This document shows, one piece after another, positions 39,020-48,589 of a stretch of 64,000 bases of DNA; within the stretch, counting starts at the first letter, position 1, and each line of letters starts with the position of its first letter. Origin of the DNA: Acidimicrobiia bacterium (GTDB lineage: Bacteria > Actinomycetota > Acidimicrobiia > Spongiisociales > ZC4RG35). The stretch is from NCBI GenBank assembly GCA_965214265.1, contig CBDCBK010000010.1, positions 678,230 to 742,229 of the forward strand, given 5' to 3'. The position numbers were made by a program, and so were the translations under genes. The notes below the pieces were generated by a model. That model was not told where the DNA came from and did no database searches. It saw nothing but the letters and a program-made list of their open reading frames with translations.

Positions 39020-39934
39020 GCCGTCGCACAAGGCCGAGACCCCCGAAGCCACCGGGACATCACCTTCAAGACAATCGCCATGGAATACATCGACTGGTGC
39101 GCTTTGGGGGGCACATGGAGTCCCGGAGGTCGGCGCCGCCAGTCCTGGACAAACAGTCTCACCACCTATGCCTTCGCAGTCATAGGCGCAATGCACCCCC
39201 GGGATATAACCAGCCTCCATATCTTTGAGATCCTAAAACTCATCTGGATCACCAAACACAAGGCCGCCGTGGACCTCGGAGGCCGGATCAGCAAGATAAT
39301 GAAATACGCCATAGCCCTGGGTCACTGCGACACCGATCCCGCCCAGAGAGCCCTGGACGGTATGCCTCCCGTTCACATAGAAACCAAACACCGCAGATAC
39401 ATCCATTACAAGCATCTCGGAGAAGCCCTCAGGATCGTGGCAGCGTCCGACGCCGACCCCATCGCTGTCAACGCTCTTATCTTCGCGGCCCTCACCGGTG
39501 TCCGCAGCGGCGAACTCCGGAAAGCCACCCGGGACCAGTTCCACATCGAGGAGCGCAGGTGGCACATACCTGCGGCGAATGTCAAGAACCGCCGCTAGCA
39601 TTTCGTGCCACTATGCGACATCGCCATAGCGGTGCTGGAGGACACCTTCGAACGCACAGGCCCCGACAGCGAGTGGGTGTTCCCCGCGCCTCGGGGAGGG
39701 ATGATGCACTCCGACAACCTCAAGAAACCCCTCCGGGATTGTGGACTCGACACAGACGTCCACGGGTTCAGATCATCTTTCCGCACCTGGGCGGCCGAAA
39801 ACAACATCGACGAGAAAGCCGCGGAAGCCGTCCTCGCCCACAAAGAACCCAGCCCTCGGTCGAAACTGACACCTGGAATGACACAGCAACCAAATGGATC
39901 CCCGAATTATGCCTCTGACCAGGCCAAACACTGA
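39020..39934 (+). pseudogene. P4-type tyrosine recombinase/integrase remnant: 5' end replaced by IS3 sequence, in-frame TAG at 39596-39598, degenerate catalytic-Tyr region
   Basis: 'ALTGVRSGELRKATRDQ' (catalytic Arg box), 'KNRR*HFVPL' (K...H.VPL box split by TAG), 'HGFRSSFRTW' (H..R box). Ends 11 nt from the 3' end of tRNA-Ser. Confidence 0.65.
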
Positions 39935-39943
39935 TGGGGTCTC

Positions 39944-40034
<91 letters not shown>

Positions 40035-40074
40035 TTTGGGCCAGCGTCGGACGAAAAGACTCTCCCGACGCTGG

Positions 40075-40166
40075 CGGAGGGAGTGGGATTTGAACCCACG
40101 AGGGAGCTACAAACCCCCAACGGCATTTCCAGTGCCGCGCACTAGACCAGACTATGCGATCCCTCC
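40075..40166 (-). tRNA. tRNA-Ser (anticodon GGA)
   Basis: Reverse complement: acceptor GGAGGGA, anticodon stem CGGCA/TGCCG with loop CTGGAAA, long variable arm, T-arm GTGGG-TTCAAAT-CCCAC. Confidence 0.85.
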
Positions 40167-40251
40167 ATTACCCAATAACTGGTATAGGTTAAGAAAGCGC
40201 TCAGTTCGCCTAAGACATTAGCAAACCGCTCAACGGAGATAAACAAAGAAT

Positions 40252-40728
40252 ATGCTCGACTCAACGGATCACGACCGATTCATGGAACTGGCTCTGCGCG
40301 AGGCGGCCAACGCCCCGGCTCATGGGGATGTGCCGGTGGGGGCGGTGATCGTCGACTCCGCCGGGAGACTGGTGGCCGCCAACCACAACCGTCGGGAGGA
40401 AAGGGGGGATCCCACTGCACATGCTGAGGTGCTGGTTTTGGCCGAGGCCGCCCACCGGGCGGGGTCCTGGCGTTTGCTGGGGCACACTCTGTATGTGACT
40501 CTGGAGCCATGCTCGATGTGTGCCGGGGCCGCGGTCTCCGGCCGAATCGCCCGGATCGTGTACGGCGCCGCCGACCCCAAAGCCGGAGCGGTGTTGAGCC
40601 TCTACAACATTCCCGGCGATCGGCGTCTCAACCACCAGTGCGAGATAGTGGCAGGGGTGGGTGCCGACCAGAGCGCCGAACTGCTCAGGTCGTTTTTCAG
40701 CAGCAAAAGGGGTCGCGACAGCGAGTGA
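40252..40728 (+). CDS. tadA: tRNA adenosine(34) deaminase TadA
   Basis: Zn-binding 'HAEVLVL' and 'PCSMCAGA' motifs of the CDA fold. 158 aa. Confidence 0.85.
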   Translation: MLDSTDHDRFMELALREAANAPAHGDVPVGAVIVDSAGRLVAANHNRREERGDPTAHAEVLVLAEAAHRAGSWRLLGHTLYVTLEPCSMCAGAAVSGRIARIVYGAADPKAGAVLSLYNIPGDRRLNHQCEIVAGVGADQSAELLRSFFSSKRGRDSE

Positions 40729-40877
40729 TCCCGTCCTTTCGTCATCTCGGATCGTGCTAAGGTCGGGATGCGTGCTAAGTGGGGCGCTAGGGGTTCCCTG
40801 AACCCGAAATCCTCTACATGCGGGGCCGAATTCCCCGCCTGAGGATGCCGAGCCCCGGGCAGGCGGCAAGAGCGCAG

Positions 40878-40982
40878 TGATGACGGCCGGGTCCCGTGAG
40901 TCGGGGTGGTCGTGAACCGGGTCAGATCCGGAAGGAAGCAGCCCTAAGCGGGTGTCCCGGTGCCACGGGGGCGCCTGGTCTG
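40878..40982 (+). ncRNA. ffs: signal recognition particle RNA (small bacterial 4.5S-type)
   Basis: The conserved domain IV motif 'GGTCAGATCCGGAAGGAAGCAGCC' (40919-40943) sits inside an extended hairpin (cccgtg...cacggg). Overlapping ORFs 40896..41402 (+) and 40922..41227 (-) are rejected. Ends are approximate. Confidence 0.7.
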
Positions 40983-41069
40983 AGCAAGCGGCTTGTCAGC
41001 CGACCGGAGGTGTCGAGTCCGAAGGCGGGGTGCACGCTTGGGCGGAAGGCGGCATGGCCCGCGGCGCCG

Positions 41070-41708
41070 TTAGGACTTGAGCAGGGCCGCTCCGTAAACG
41101 CTTCCCCATATCCCCATTCGCCACAGCTTGCCGACTTCGAACGGACCGTCTCGAAACATCTCTTCAGGATGAGGGAGCTTGTCCATCGAACGATGGAAAT
41201 ACCAGTATTCCCGCACCGCACCGGCAAGCATTCCCACCACTGGGGTCACCATCGCGGTTCCCGTGCGGTGAATCGGTGCGGCCAGCCGGTTGAGGGGTCG
41301 TCCCGCGTCCACTACCACCATCACGCCTCCCGGGCGGAGCACCCTGGCTGCCTCGACCAGGGTTTCTTCCACCGACTGAAGATTGCGAAACACGAAGGCT
41401 GACCATATTCCGTCAAAAGTGTTATCAGCAAAAGGGAGACGCTCGCCTTTCCCAACTACCCGTTGGGGAGCGGGATTGATGGAGAGCATCGGCCAGACCG
41501 GATCGAGCGCCACCACCTGCTGGCGTTCGTTGAAGAGCGGCATGGCCACGCCGGTCCCCGCTCCCAGATCCAGGATGAGACCGTCGGGAAGACAGGAGAT
41601 ACCCTGTCTTCTCCAAGCCTGGTCCTGACCCAGGGAGAGGACCCGGTTGAGTCGGTCATACCGCTGGTATATCCGCGAGAAAATGTGTTCGGGTGAAGGT
41701 GCGGTCAC
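41070..41708 (-). CDS. class I SAM-dependent methyltransferase (UbiE/MenG demethylmenaquinone methyltransferase family)
   Basis: 'ILDLGAGTGV' motif I and 'LRPGGVMVVVD'. 212 aa. Confidence 0.7.
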   Translation of the reverse strand: MTAPSPEHIFSRIYQRYDRLNRVLSLGQDQAWRRQGISCLPDGLILDLGAGTGVAMPLFNERQQVVALDPVWPMLSINPAPQRVVGKGERLPFADNTFDGIWSAFVFRNLQSVEETLVEAARVLRPGGVMVVVDAGRPLNRLAAPIHRTGTAMVTPVVGMLAGAVREYWYFHRSMDKLPHPEEMFRDGPFEVGKLWRMGIWGSVYGAALLKS

Positions 41709-41713
41709 TGTCT

Positions 41714-42973
41714 CTACGGTGGGTCGATACGATCAAAGCTCAGATAAGGCCGGAGCGCTTCGGGCATCACCACCGAACCGTCGCTTTGCTGATGGTTCTC
41801 CAACAGGGCAATGATCACTCTGCCTACCGCTACCGCCGTTCCGTTTACCGTGTGTACCAATCGGTTGCCTCTCGGCGCCTTCATGCGGATCTTGAGTCGT
41901 CGGGCCTGGTAGTCAGTGGTGTTGGAGCAGGAAGTTATCTCCCGGTAGGTGTTCCAAGAGGGAAACCAAGCCTCGATGTCGTACTTCTTGGCGGCGGAGG
42001 CGCCTAGGTCGCCGGCGGCCACGTTGACCACCCGGTAGGGAATTTCCAACTCCCTGGTCAGCTTCTCCTCCAGCTCCAGAATCCGCTCGTGCTCCTCGGA
42101 CGAGTCTTCGGGACGGGTGAAGGAGAACATCTCCACCTTGTCGAACTGGTGAACCCTGAAAATCCCTCTGGTGTCCTTGCCGTGGGTTCCGGCTTCGCGA
42201 CGGAAGCAACTGGAAAAGCCAGCATAGCGGATGGGAAGCTGGTCGGGGTCCAGGATCTCGTCGGCGTGGTAGGCGGCCAGGCTGATCTCGGATGTGGCGG
42301 CGAGGAACAGTTCGTCGGCGGGAATTTCGTAGACCTGCTGGCGGTCCCCGGGGAAGAATCCGGTGCCGAACAGCGCCATCTCCCGGACCAGCACCGGGGT
42401 GACCATAGGGACCAGACCGGCCTTCACGAGGTGATCCATGGACCAGTTGATCAGACCGAATTCCAGCAAGGCCGCCTTGCCCTTCAGGTATCCAAAGCGC
42501 GACCCCGCGATCTTGGCCGCCCGCTTGGTGTCAATGACATCCAGCCGTGCTCCCAGGGTTTCGTGATCGGCGGGCCTGAAGCCGAAGAGGGGGATCTCCC
42601 CCACCCGCCTGACCTCCTGTGCGTCATCCTCGGTGAGCCCGTCGGCGGCGGTGGGATCGACCAGGTTGGGCAGTGTGTTCCACTCCTCATAGAATCGGTC
42701 GGAAGAGGCCTCGGCCTGGGAGTTCAACTCCTTGATCCGGCCGGCCAGCGAAGCGGCCCGCTCGATGGCTTGCCGCTTTTCATCTCCTTCCAACTCGGCT
42801 ATCTCCCTCCCCAGGGATCGTTGGGCGGCTCGCATTTGCTCGGCCTCGTGGCGCAGTCTCCGGATCCGGGCCTCGGTCTCCACCAGGCCTTCGATCGGGA
42901 TATCCAGGCCCCGACGAGCCAGGGATTGGCGGATCGTCTCCGGGGAGGAGCGGAGTATGGCGAGGTCGAGCAT
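41714..42973 (-). CDS. serS: seryl-tRNA synthetase
   Basis: N-terminal coiled-coil 'MLDLAILRSSPETIRQSLARRG', class II motifs ('FRREAG', 'GTGFFPGDRQQ') and 419 aa. Confidence 0.9.
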   Translation of the reverse strand: MLDLAILRSSPETIRQSLARRGLDIPIEGLVETEARIRRLRHEAEQMRAAQRSLGREIAELEGDEKRQAIERAASLAGRIKELNSQAEASSDRFYEEWNTLPNLVDPTAADGLTEDDAQEVRRVGEIPLFGFRPADHETLGARLDVIDTKRAAKIAGSRFGYLKGKAALLEFGLINWSMDHLVKAGLVPMVTPVLVREMALFGTGFFPGDRQQVYEIPADELFLAATSEISLAAYHADEILDPDQLPIRYAGFSSCFRREAGTHGKDTRGIFRVHQFDKVEMFSFTRPEDSSEEHERILELEEKLTRELEIPYRVVNVAAGDLGASAAKKYDIEAWFPSWNTYREITSCSNTTDYQARRLKIRMKAPRGNRLVHTVNGTAVAVGRVIIALLENHQQSDGSVVMPEALRPYLSFDRIDPP

Positions 42974-43037
42974 TAGGCTCCTATGCTAAAACAAGGCTAC
43001 TGGTGGGGAAGCGATCACACTGTGGGGTGAAGAATCC

Positions 43038-44024
43038 CTATTCACCGACCCGCAAGGTGAAGTTGTAGCTGTTGTCATCCAGGTATTGCTCCTCTTTGGC
43101 AAAACCCAGGCGTACCTCCACCTGATAGGAGGTGTCGGGGGTCACTGCCAACTCATAGAAGGCAACGGTGGTCTTTTCTCCCGGCGCCAAGGGCGGCACT
43201 ACCAGCACCCGGGATTGAATGACCTCTCCCGGTGGCCAGATGCTCAACTGCAGGGAAGTTTCTTCGACCACCTCCACGTTGCCTCGGTTGGCCACCACCA
43301 CCAAGAGATCGAAGCTGTCGGTGGGAATTATCACCGGATGCCCATCCAGGTCGGAGACCCACTCGGGATAGGAGGTAACCTGTTCTATCCCCAGGTTGGC
43401 GGTGAGTTCCAGCGTCGGCCGGGACAGCCGGGCGAAAGTGGCCAGGAACTGGGCGGTGTCCACCACCGGGTACTCGGGAGGCAGGAAGACCGCTGTTCGG
43501 AAGTCGGAGAAGGACTGGATATCGGGATCAGTGACGGTTTTCTCCAAAAAGACTTGATACATTCGGTCACCGCTCCGGACGCTGACCAACGCCGTGGTTA
43601 GCTGTTCCTCCACTACGTAGTTGAACGGGTCGTCCACCGCGGACAGGAAGGCGTTCTCGAAGCGCTCCAGGCCCTCGTCCCACAGGTCGAGGGAGGTATC
43701 CAACAGAATGGCCAGGCTGTTATCGGGCTCGGCCGACTCGTCCAGAGCTGCAGAGACTGCGCCGATCGACTCTCGGGATTGGGTGATGATCGATGCCAAC
43801 TCGGATCGGTCCACCCTGTCGATCTGTTCGATCAGCCTGACGAAGGAGCGGGCTGCCCGGTCCAAGGTGATGGTGTGGCTGCGGAGTTCCTCGGCGAGGG
43901 TGGTCTCGGTGCGCGAGGTATTGACGAGTGAGTTGAATGCCCACCCCAGACCCAGCGCCAAGGCGAGCGCCAGCAGCCACCACTTTCCGCGGGATGGGCG
44001 GGGTCGGAAGTGATAAGAAGCCAT
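43038..44024 (-). CDS. hypothetical membrane-anchored protein with C-terminal CARDB-like domain
   Basis: N-terminal TM 'WWLLALALALGLGWAF'. The C-terminus 'VANRGNVEVVEETSLQLS...VEVRLGFAKEEQYLDDNSYNFTLRV' resembles CARDB. Confidence 0.5.
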   Translation of the reverse strand: MASYHFRPRPSRGKWWLLALALALGLGWAFNSLVNTSRTETTLAEELRSHTITLDRAARSFVRLIEQIDRVDRSELASIITQSRESIGAVSAALDESAEPDNSLAILLDTSLDLWDEGLERFENAFLSAVDDPFNYVVEEQLTTALVSVRSGDRMYQVFLEKTVTDPDIQSFSDFRTAVFLPPEYPVVDTAQFLATFARLSRPTLELTANLGIEQVTSYPEWVSDLDGHPVIIPTDSFDLLVVVANRGNVEVVEETSLQLSIWPPGEVIQSRVLVVPPLAPGEKTTVAFYELAVTPDTSYQVEVRLGFAKEEQYLDDNSYNFTLRVGE

Positions 44025-44186
44025 GCGCTCTGTTCGTAGGTTAAGGTGTCACGGATGTTTATTGACATTCTCGATCGGTCCTTATCGGCTCACAACCTTG
44101 TTCGGCGCCTGCAAACTTTGATCTTCCCGGCAGCGGGCGGGACCTGACTGCGGGCACGCTCCGTGCGTTAGCATCCTGGGGCGAAA

Positions 44187-44873
44187 ATGACGGAAGCGCA
44201 CTTTACTCCGCACCTCTTTGAGTTTCTCCTCGACTTGGCAGCCAATAACAACCGTGAATGGTTTCAGATCAACAAAGATCGATACGAACAACGCGTTAAG
44301 GAACCACTGCTCCGGTTCATAGAAGACTTCGGACCGAGGCTGGGCTCGATCAGCGCGCATTTCGTTGCCGACGCGCGGCCCCACGGCGGGTCGATGTTCC
44401 GCATTTATCGGGATGTCCGGTTTTCAAAAGACAAGAGTCCCTACAAGACCCAGGCCGCTGCGCACTTTCGTCATGAAGCCGGGAAGACAGCCCATGCTCC
44501 GGGCTTCTACCTTCATCTGGCGCCCGGAGAAGTTGGGGCGGGGGTGGGAATCTGGCGGCCCAACACGCCTGCATTAACCAAGATTCGCAACGCCATCGTT
44601 TCGGACCAGGGCGGATGGGAGAAAGCCGCAAAGGACCCCAGTTTTCTGGGTGAATTCTCGATCGGTGGGGACTCACTGAAACGCCCGCCCAAGGGTTTCA
44701 ATGCGGATCACCCCCATCTCGAAGACCTCAAACGCAAGGACCACATCGCATGGTTCGAATTGGACGAGGATGACGCGGTCTCGCCGGGTTTCCTGGACGA
44801 CTTTGCTGACATCTGCCACCGATCCGTGCCTTTTGTGAGGTTTCTGACCACCGCGGTGGGCCTGCCTTTTTAG
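44187..44873 (+). CDS. TIGR02453/DUF2461-family protein
   Basis: 'FTPHLFEFLLDLAANNNREWFQINKDRYEQRVKEPL' family N-terminus. 228 aa. Confidence 0.7.
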   Translation: MTEAHFTPHLFEFLLDLAANNNREWFQINKDRYEQRVKEPLLRFIEDFGPRLGSISAHFVADARPHGGSMFRIYRDVRFSKDKSPYKTQAAAHFRHEAGKTAHAPGFYLHLAPGEVGAGVGIWRPNTPALTKIRNAIVSDQGGWEKAAKDPSFLGEFSIGGDSLKRPPKGFNADHPHLEDLKRKDHIAWFELDEDDAVSPGFLDDFADICHRSVPFVRFLTTAVGLPF

Positions 44874-45084
44874 GAGCCCCGAACAGAAACCTTCGGTTCT
44901 CGGCCATGGGGCACGGCAAGGCTGGGCTACCCAGCCTCTGAAATCCCGTCATTCACCTGGGGTTTGAATCCCATCTATCCCTCTTGGGTAACCAGCTGCA
45001 GTTCTAGGGGCGACTTACGCTTATCGGTTACGAAATGGGTAGAAGACTGGTGGTGTTCCCGCCGATGGCGATCACACCGGTGGC

Positions 45085-45863
45085 GCTCGCCACGAACACT
45101 ATTTGGCGCACGTCCTCGGGCTGAGACCCGGGATGGTCGTGGCTGACCTCGGTTGCGGCGTTGGCGGACCGCTAATTGAGATTGCTCGATTGTCCGGCGC
45201 CAGGATCGTGGGAATTAACAACAATGCTTACCAAATCGAACGCGCCCGAAAACACACCGAAGAAGAGGGCCTGACTCATCTGGCTGAGTACATGCAATGC
45301 GACTTCCAGGACGTCGATGCTCTGGACAACTCGTTCGACGCGGTCTACGCCATCGAGTCAAGCTGCCATGCGCCGGACAAACTCAGCGTATATGGCGAGG
45401 TGTTCGCTTGCTGAATCCGGGCGCGTGCTTTGCTAATTACGAGCGGTGCCTGACGGATCGCTTCGACGCGAGTAATCCCCACCACCTCAAGATCAAGGCT
45501 GACATCGAGCTAGGAGGCGGCCTGCTAGACATTGACTACCGTCATGCTGTTGATGACGCACTTCGAACGGTGGGATCCGAGGTGTTGGAAATACGAGATC
45601 TTGCGGAACAGTCAGGTCCGTCCATCCCTTGGTATCAACCGCTGATCGGTTCAGGTCTATCCCTGGCCAGCTTTCGCAGTTCATTGATCGGACGCTTTGT
45701 CACCCACATCTCACTGCGAGCGCTTGAGGCGTTTCACGTTGTGCCGCAAGGAACGGTTCGCGTATCGAAGACTTTGAATCTCTGCGCGGCTGCGATGGTC
45801 GAGGCGGGCCGGCTGGGTATCTTCACGCCAATGTACTTTTTGCACGCTCGCAAGCCGGCGTAG
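45085..45863 (+). pseudogene. sterol 24-C-methyltransferase (Erg6/SMT)-like SAM-dependent methyltransferase remnant: 5'-truncated and frameshifted near 45400
   Basis: Homology begins at 'ARHEHYLAHVLGLRPGMVVADLGCGVGGP...GINNNAYQIERARK...AIESSCHAPDKLSVYGEVF', then in the next frame 'LLNPGACFANYERCLTDRFDASNPHHLKIKADIELGGGL...IPWYQPL...LGIFTPMYFLHARKP'. It is collinear with Erg6 (ARHEHYLA..., EIELGDGIP, LFTPMMLFVARKP). Confidence 0.65.
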
Positions 45864-45993
45864 CGCGGTCCGAACTTGGCGTTCGAGTCCCTCAGCCAGA
45901 ATTTCAGGCGCCGACAGCACCCCCTACTGTCGCTTTCACCGCGTCCGGAAACCTCCGCTTCTCCCAGAGCGCTGTTGAACCACCCCCCACATT

Positions 45994-46110
45994 TAGGTCA
46001 AAAGCCATCCGAAAACACCCCACTGACGGCCTGACGCCCCCAACGCCGGCAACCCCGGTGGACATGGGGCTTCGCTAACTAACAGGCCCGTAAATCGCCG
46101 ATCTGAGGGG
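45994..46110 (+). repeat. DR0: degenerate copy of the tRNA-Leu 3'-flank repeat ('aaaacaccc..aacggcctga.gcccc')
   Basis: Alignment by eye with DR1/DR2. Confidence 0.4.
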
Positions 46111-46261
46111 TCCCTGGGGAGTGCGGGGAATGGCTGAAATGCCCTTGATCCCGCTGGCCCCGGCTGTGTCGGCAGCCGTCTTTGATGCCGTGGGGGTATG
46201 GTTCGACGAGTTGCCCCTCACTCCGGAGCGAATCTCCGCTTGCAATCCAAGCAACACGGCC

Positions 46262-46382
46262 CCCGACCAGCCAAAAACACCCTCCGCAACGGCCTGAAAC
46301 CCCCAAAACAGGAATAATCAGCGCGTCCGACGCTAAATCGCTAATACACAGCGTCCTAAATCGCTAATACTTCATGGTGGGC
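46262..46382 (+). repeat. DR1: ~115-bp direct repeat of the sequence that flanks tRNA-Leu(CAG), ending in the tRNA 3'-terminal 8 nt (tggtgggc)
   Basis: 'gaccagccaaaaacaccctccgcaacggcctgaaacccccaaaacagg...gcgcgtccgacgctaa...catggtgggc' versus 51803..51908 'gaccagcctaaaacaccctccaaaacggtcgcgaacccctaaaaccagg...gcgcgtctgccgctaa...gatggtgggc'. Confidence 0.7.
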
Positions 46383-46465
46383 TGTTAGCGACCACCCCTG
46401 ACCTGCACCCTAGCTGAGGGTTCCGAGAGAGCTCCACATTTCAAAGGGGTCGTGCTCCACATTGC
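46375..46465 (+). repeat. R1: ~90-nt repeat-family element (GGCTGTTAGCGACCACC...TGACCTGCACC...GGTTCC...GCTCCACATTT...GGGGT.G.GCTCCACATT)
   Basis: One of three copies (R1-R3) plus a short R-like sequence at 45968-45998. Contains an internal direct 11-mer GCTCCACATTT x2 spaced about 25 nt apart. Confidence 0.7.
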
Positions 46466-46573
46466 GGGAGCATTGATGACGGGTCACTCCTGAAAGCGGC
46501 CGACCTCCCCCGTCGACGCTAGATGGCCACCAGGCAAGGAAGGTGGGGAGAGGCCGCTGGAGGCGCGGTTGTC

Positions 46574-46972
46574 TTAACGAATGATCCAGTCGATATCGAA
46601 GTCGAACTTGCCACCCTCGTCCCTGGCGAATGGACTTAGATCGCAAACCTGATTTCCTTTTGTATTCCAGGAAATCTCTCCGCCGTCGATCTCGCAGGCC
46701 ACCTCCTTTGCCCTTTGATGCTCAAGGGACTCGTTCTGGTTTTCGATCATCGCTCCTTGGTTTTCAACGATCACCTTCTGGTTTTCGATCATCACATAGA
46801 GGATGCCGGCCAGGACGAGAAGTATTCCTGTCAAGAGAACGGCTATGAACCGAAAGGGTCCTGATCGGGAATCTGACAATCTCTGAACATCCGCGCCCGC
46901 CGGGGTGGACCCTTGGTTAGGGCTGCTTTCACTCATTGGAGAATCCATCTTTTCTGGTCTGCCCAGATACAA
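46574..46972 (-). CDS. hypothetical single-pass membrane protein (lower GC; internal short repeat MIENQ...)
   Basis: TM 'FRFIAVLLTGILLVLAGILYVMI'. Flanked by the R1 and R2 repeats. No recognisable domain. Confidence 0.4.
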   Translation of the reverse strand: MYLGRPEKMDSPMSESSPNQGSTPAGADVQRLSDSRSGPFRFIAVLLTGILLVLAGILYVMIENQKVIVENQGAMIENQNESLEHQRAKEVACEIDGGEISWNTKGNQVCDLSPFARDEGGKFDFDIDWIIR

Positions 46973-46997
46973 ACGCCTGAGTCATGTGGTTAGGGTA

Positions 46998-47090
46998 GGC
47001 TGTTAGCGACCACCGTTGACCTGCACCTTGGGAGTGGTTCCCTGAGGTGCTCCACATTTCGGAGGGGTGGGGCTCCACATTTGGGAACTC
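46998..47090 (+). repeat. R2: second copy of the ~90-nt repeat-family element
   Basis: 'ggctgttagcgaccaccgttgacctgcacc...ggttccctgaggtgctccacatttcggaggggtggggctccacattt'. Confidence 0.7.
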
Positions 47091-47275
47091 CGATTTATGC
47101 CGAAGGGTGGCATCGAGGTGGTTATGGACTTACACCAGCACCGAAGTTAACCCTTCCCGATGGTTCCCCCCACCGGGACTAGCTGATAGCACGCCGGTTG
47201 ATGGGCCGAAACGCAGATGGGGTCAATGAAGCAACTGGCCTGTGCTGCCCCTCCATGGGTTTGGCTGTGCAGTTA

Positions 47276-47788
47276 CTATTCGATTGAGGAGTACAGTTTT
47301 CGATGCGTCACCGAAGGCGATTCATATCCGTCGTCTATTTGAAGATCCTGCCCACGGGCAGCTTGGACCGCTAGCTGATCACACCGCTCGTTTTCTGGGT
47401 CGCCAGCGTGTCCGCGTACCCACCGAAACTCCACCTCGTGCTTCTCGCATAGGTCAAGGAGCCTCCCCCAGAGGTCTGGGTTCACAGCCCGTTCCCGCTT
47501 ATTGCGCATCCAACCGTTCTCCCGCCAACGTTTAGCCCAACCCTCCTGAATGCCTCCCACTACATATTGTGAGTCGCTGTGCAGGATCACCTGGCAGCTC
47601 TGGTTGAGGACTTCGAGACCTTTTATCGGTCCCATCAACTCCATGCGGTTGTTGGTTGTGCGTCGGTAGCTCCCGCGAAGCTCACGGCGGTGAGCCCTGT
47701 GTGACAGCACCACTCCATAGCCGCCTGGACCGGGATTGCCGACGCATGCGCCATCCGTGTAGATGATGACTTGCTTTTTGGGTGCCAT
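47276..47788 (-). CDS. rnhA: ribonuclease HI
   Basis: 'IYTDGACVGNPGPGGYGVVL', 'TNNRMEL' and 'HSDSQYVV...WVRGHAGDPENERCDQLA' (DEDD catalytic residues). 170 aa. GC is lower than in core genes. Confidence 0.85.
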   Translation of the reverse strand: MAPKKQVIIYTDGACVGNPGPGGYGVVLSHRAHRRELRGSYRRTTNNRMELMGPIKGLEVLNQSCQVILHSDSQYVVGGIQEGWAKRWRENGWMRNKRERAVNPDLWGRLLDLCEKHEVEFRWVRGHAGDPENERCDQLAVQAARGQDLQIDDGYESPSVTHRKLYSSIE

Positions 47789-48138
47789 CAGCCTGATACC
47801 TTGGCTATAGAACCGGGATCGAGTTCGAATCCGGCCTCCCCAAGCCGCTGGCAGAGCTTTGCCGCTGCCTCTTTGACATGGTTGTTGAAGGGCAGGTAAA
47901 TGATGCCGCTGGCATCTGAGGGAACGTCGACATGGCCTTTCTTCAATATGGCAACTCGAGGTCTTCCGAACGCCGCTATCAACATTCCCATTTCCATAAC
48001 AACATTCTGTCTGGCGCGAGGTGCAGCGTTTGCTGGATTATCCCCCTGCTCGTATCCCATGTCATCAGGGGTGAGCAACACGATCCCGAATCGCATCCCC
48101 TTTGATGGAGATACGATTTCGCGTTCCAATGCATCCAA
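47788..48138 (-). CDS. TIR-like nucleotide-binding domain protein (COG4271/PF10137-like), N-terminally short/truncated; stop overlaps rnhA start (TGATG)
   Basis: 'FGIVLLTPDDMG...APRARQNVVMEMGMLIAAFGRPRVAILKKG' matches the conserved core of the TIR-like (MTH538-type) domain. It begins with TTG and there is a stop two codons upstream. The usual N-terminal 'VFIvHG' strand is absent. Confidence 0.5.
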   Translation of the reverse strand: MDALEREIVSPSKGMRFGIVLLTPDDMGYEQGDNPANAAPRARQNVVMEMGMLIAAFGRPRVAILKKGHVDVPSDASGIIYLPFNNHVKEAAAKLCQRLGEAGFELDPGSIAKVSG

Positions 48139-48589
48139 TCCTGCTCAACTGGATTTTGCTGCTCATCTGTGTCGTTGCGCACCTCGGGGATCATCTTCAT
48201 TTAGCCACTCCAATTCGGACCTTCGCCGCTTACTCAATGATATACCTTGATGCTTAGCCTGTCGTGCTCTAGGGTCACCAACGGCCAATCGCCAATTCCG
48301 GATGTGCTTCCCGGCCCGATGTCAGCGACCAAGAGAGAACCAGATGCCGTTCCCTCCGATTTGGTGCAACGGGAACTAGACGATACCAGGACCAGTTTCG
48401 CTGATAAGTGCCCACTCATTAAAGAAACGCTCCTGCCTTGCGGGAGTGGGAACGGTTGTCGCCGGAGCAGCAGAACCGTTGCCGCGTGGCGCTGGCGCGA
48501 CCGACCGCACCGCCCCCCGATGCGCTCGTGAACCAGAATGACAATCCCCGTGTTTCTGCTACTGTTACTATCCGCCCTAAGCACGGGGA

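Noticed and set aside
40896-41402. 168-aa ORF downstream of tadA
   Set aside because: It covers the SRP RNA and the antisense of the MenG-like gene.
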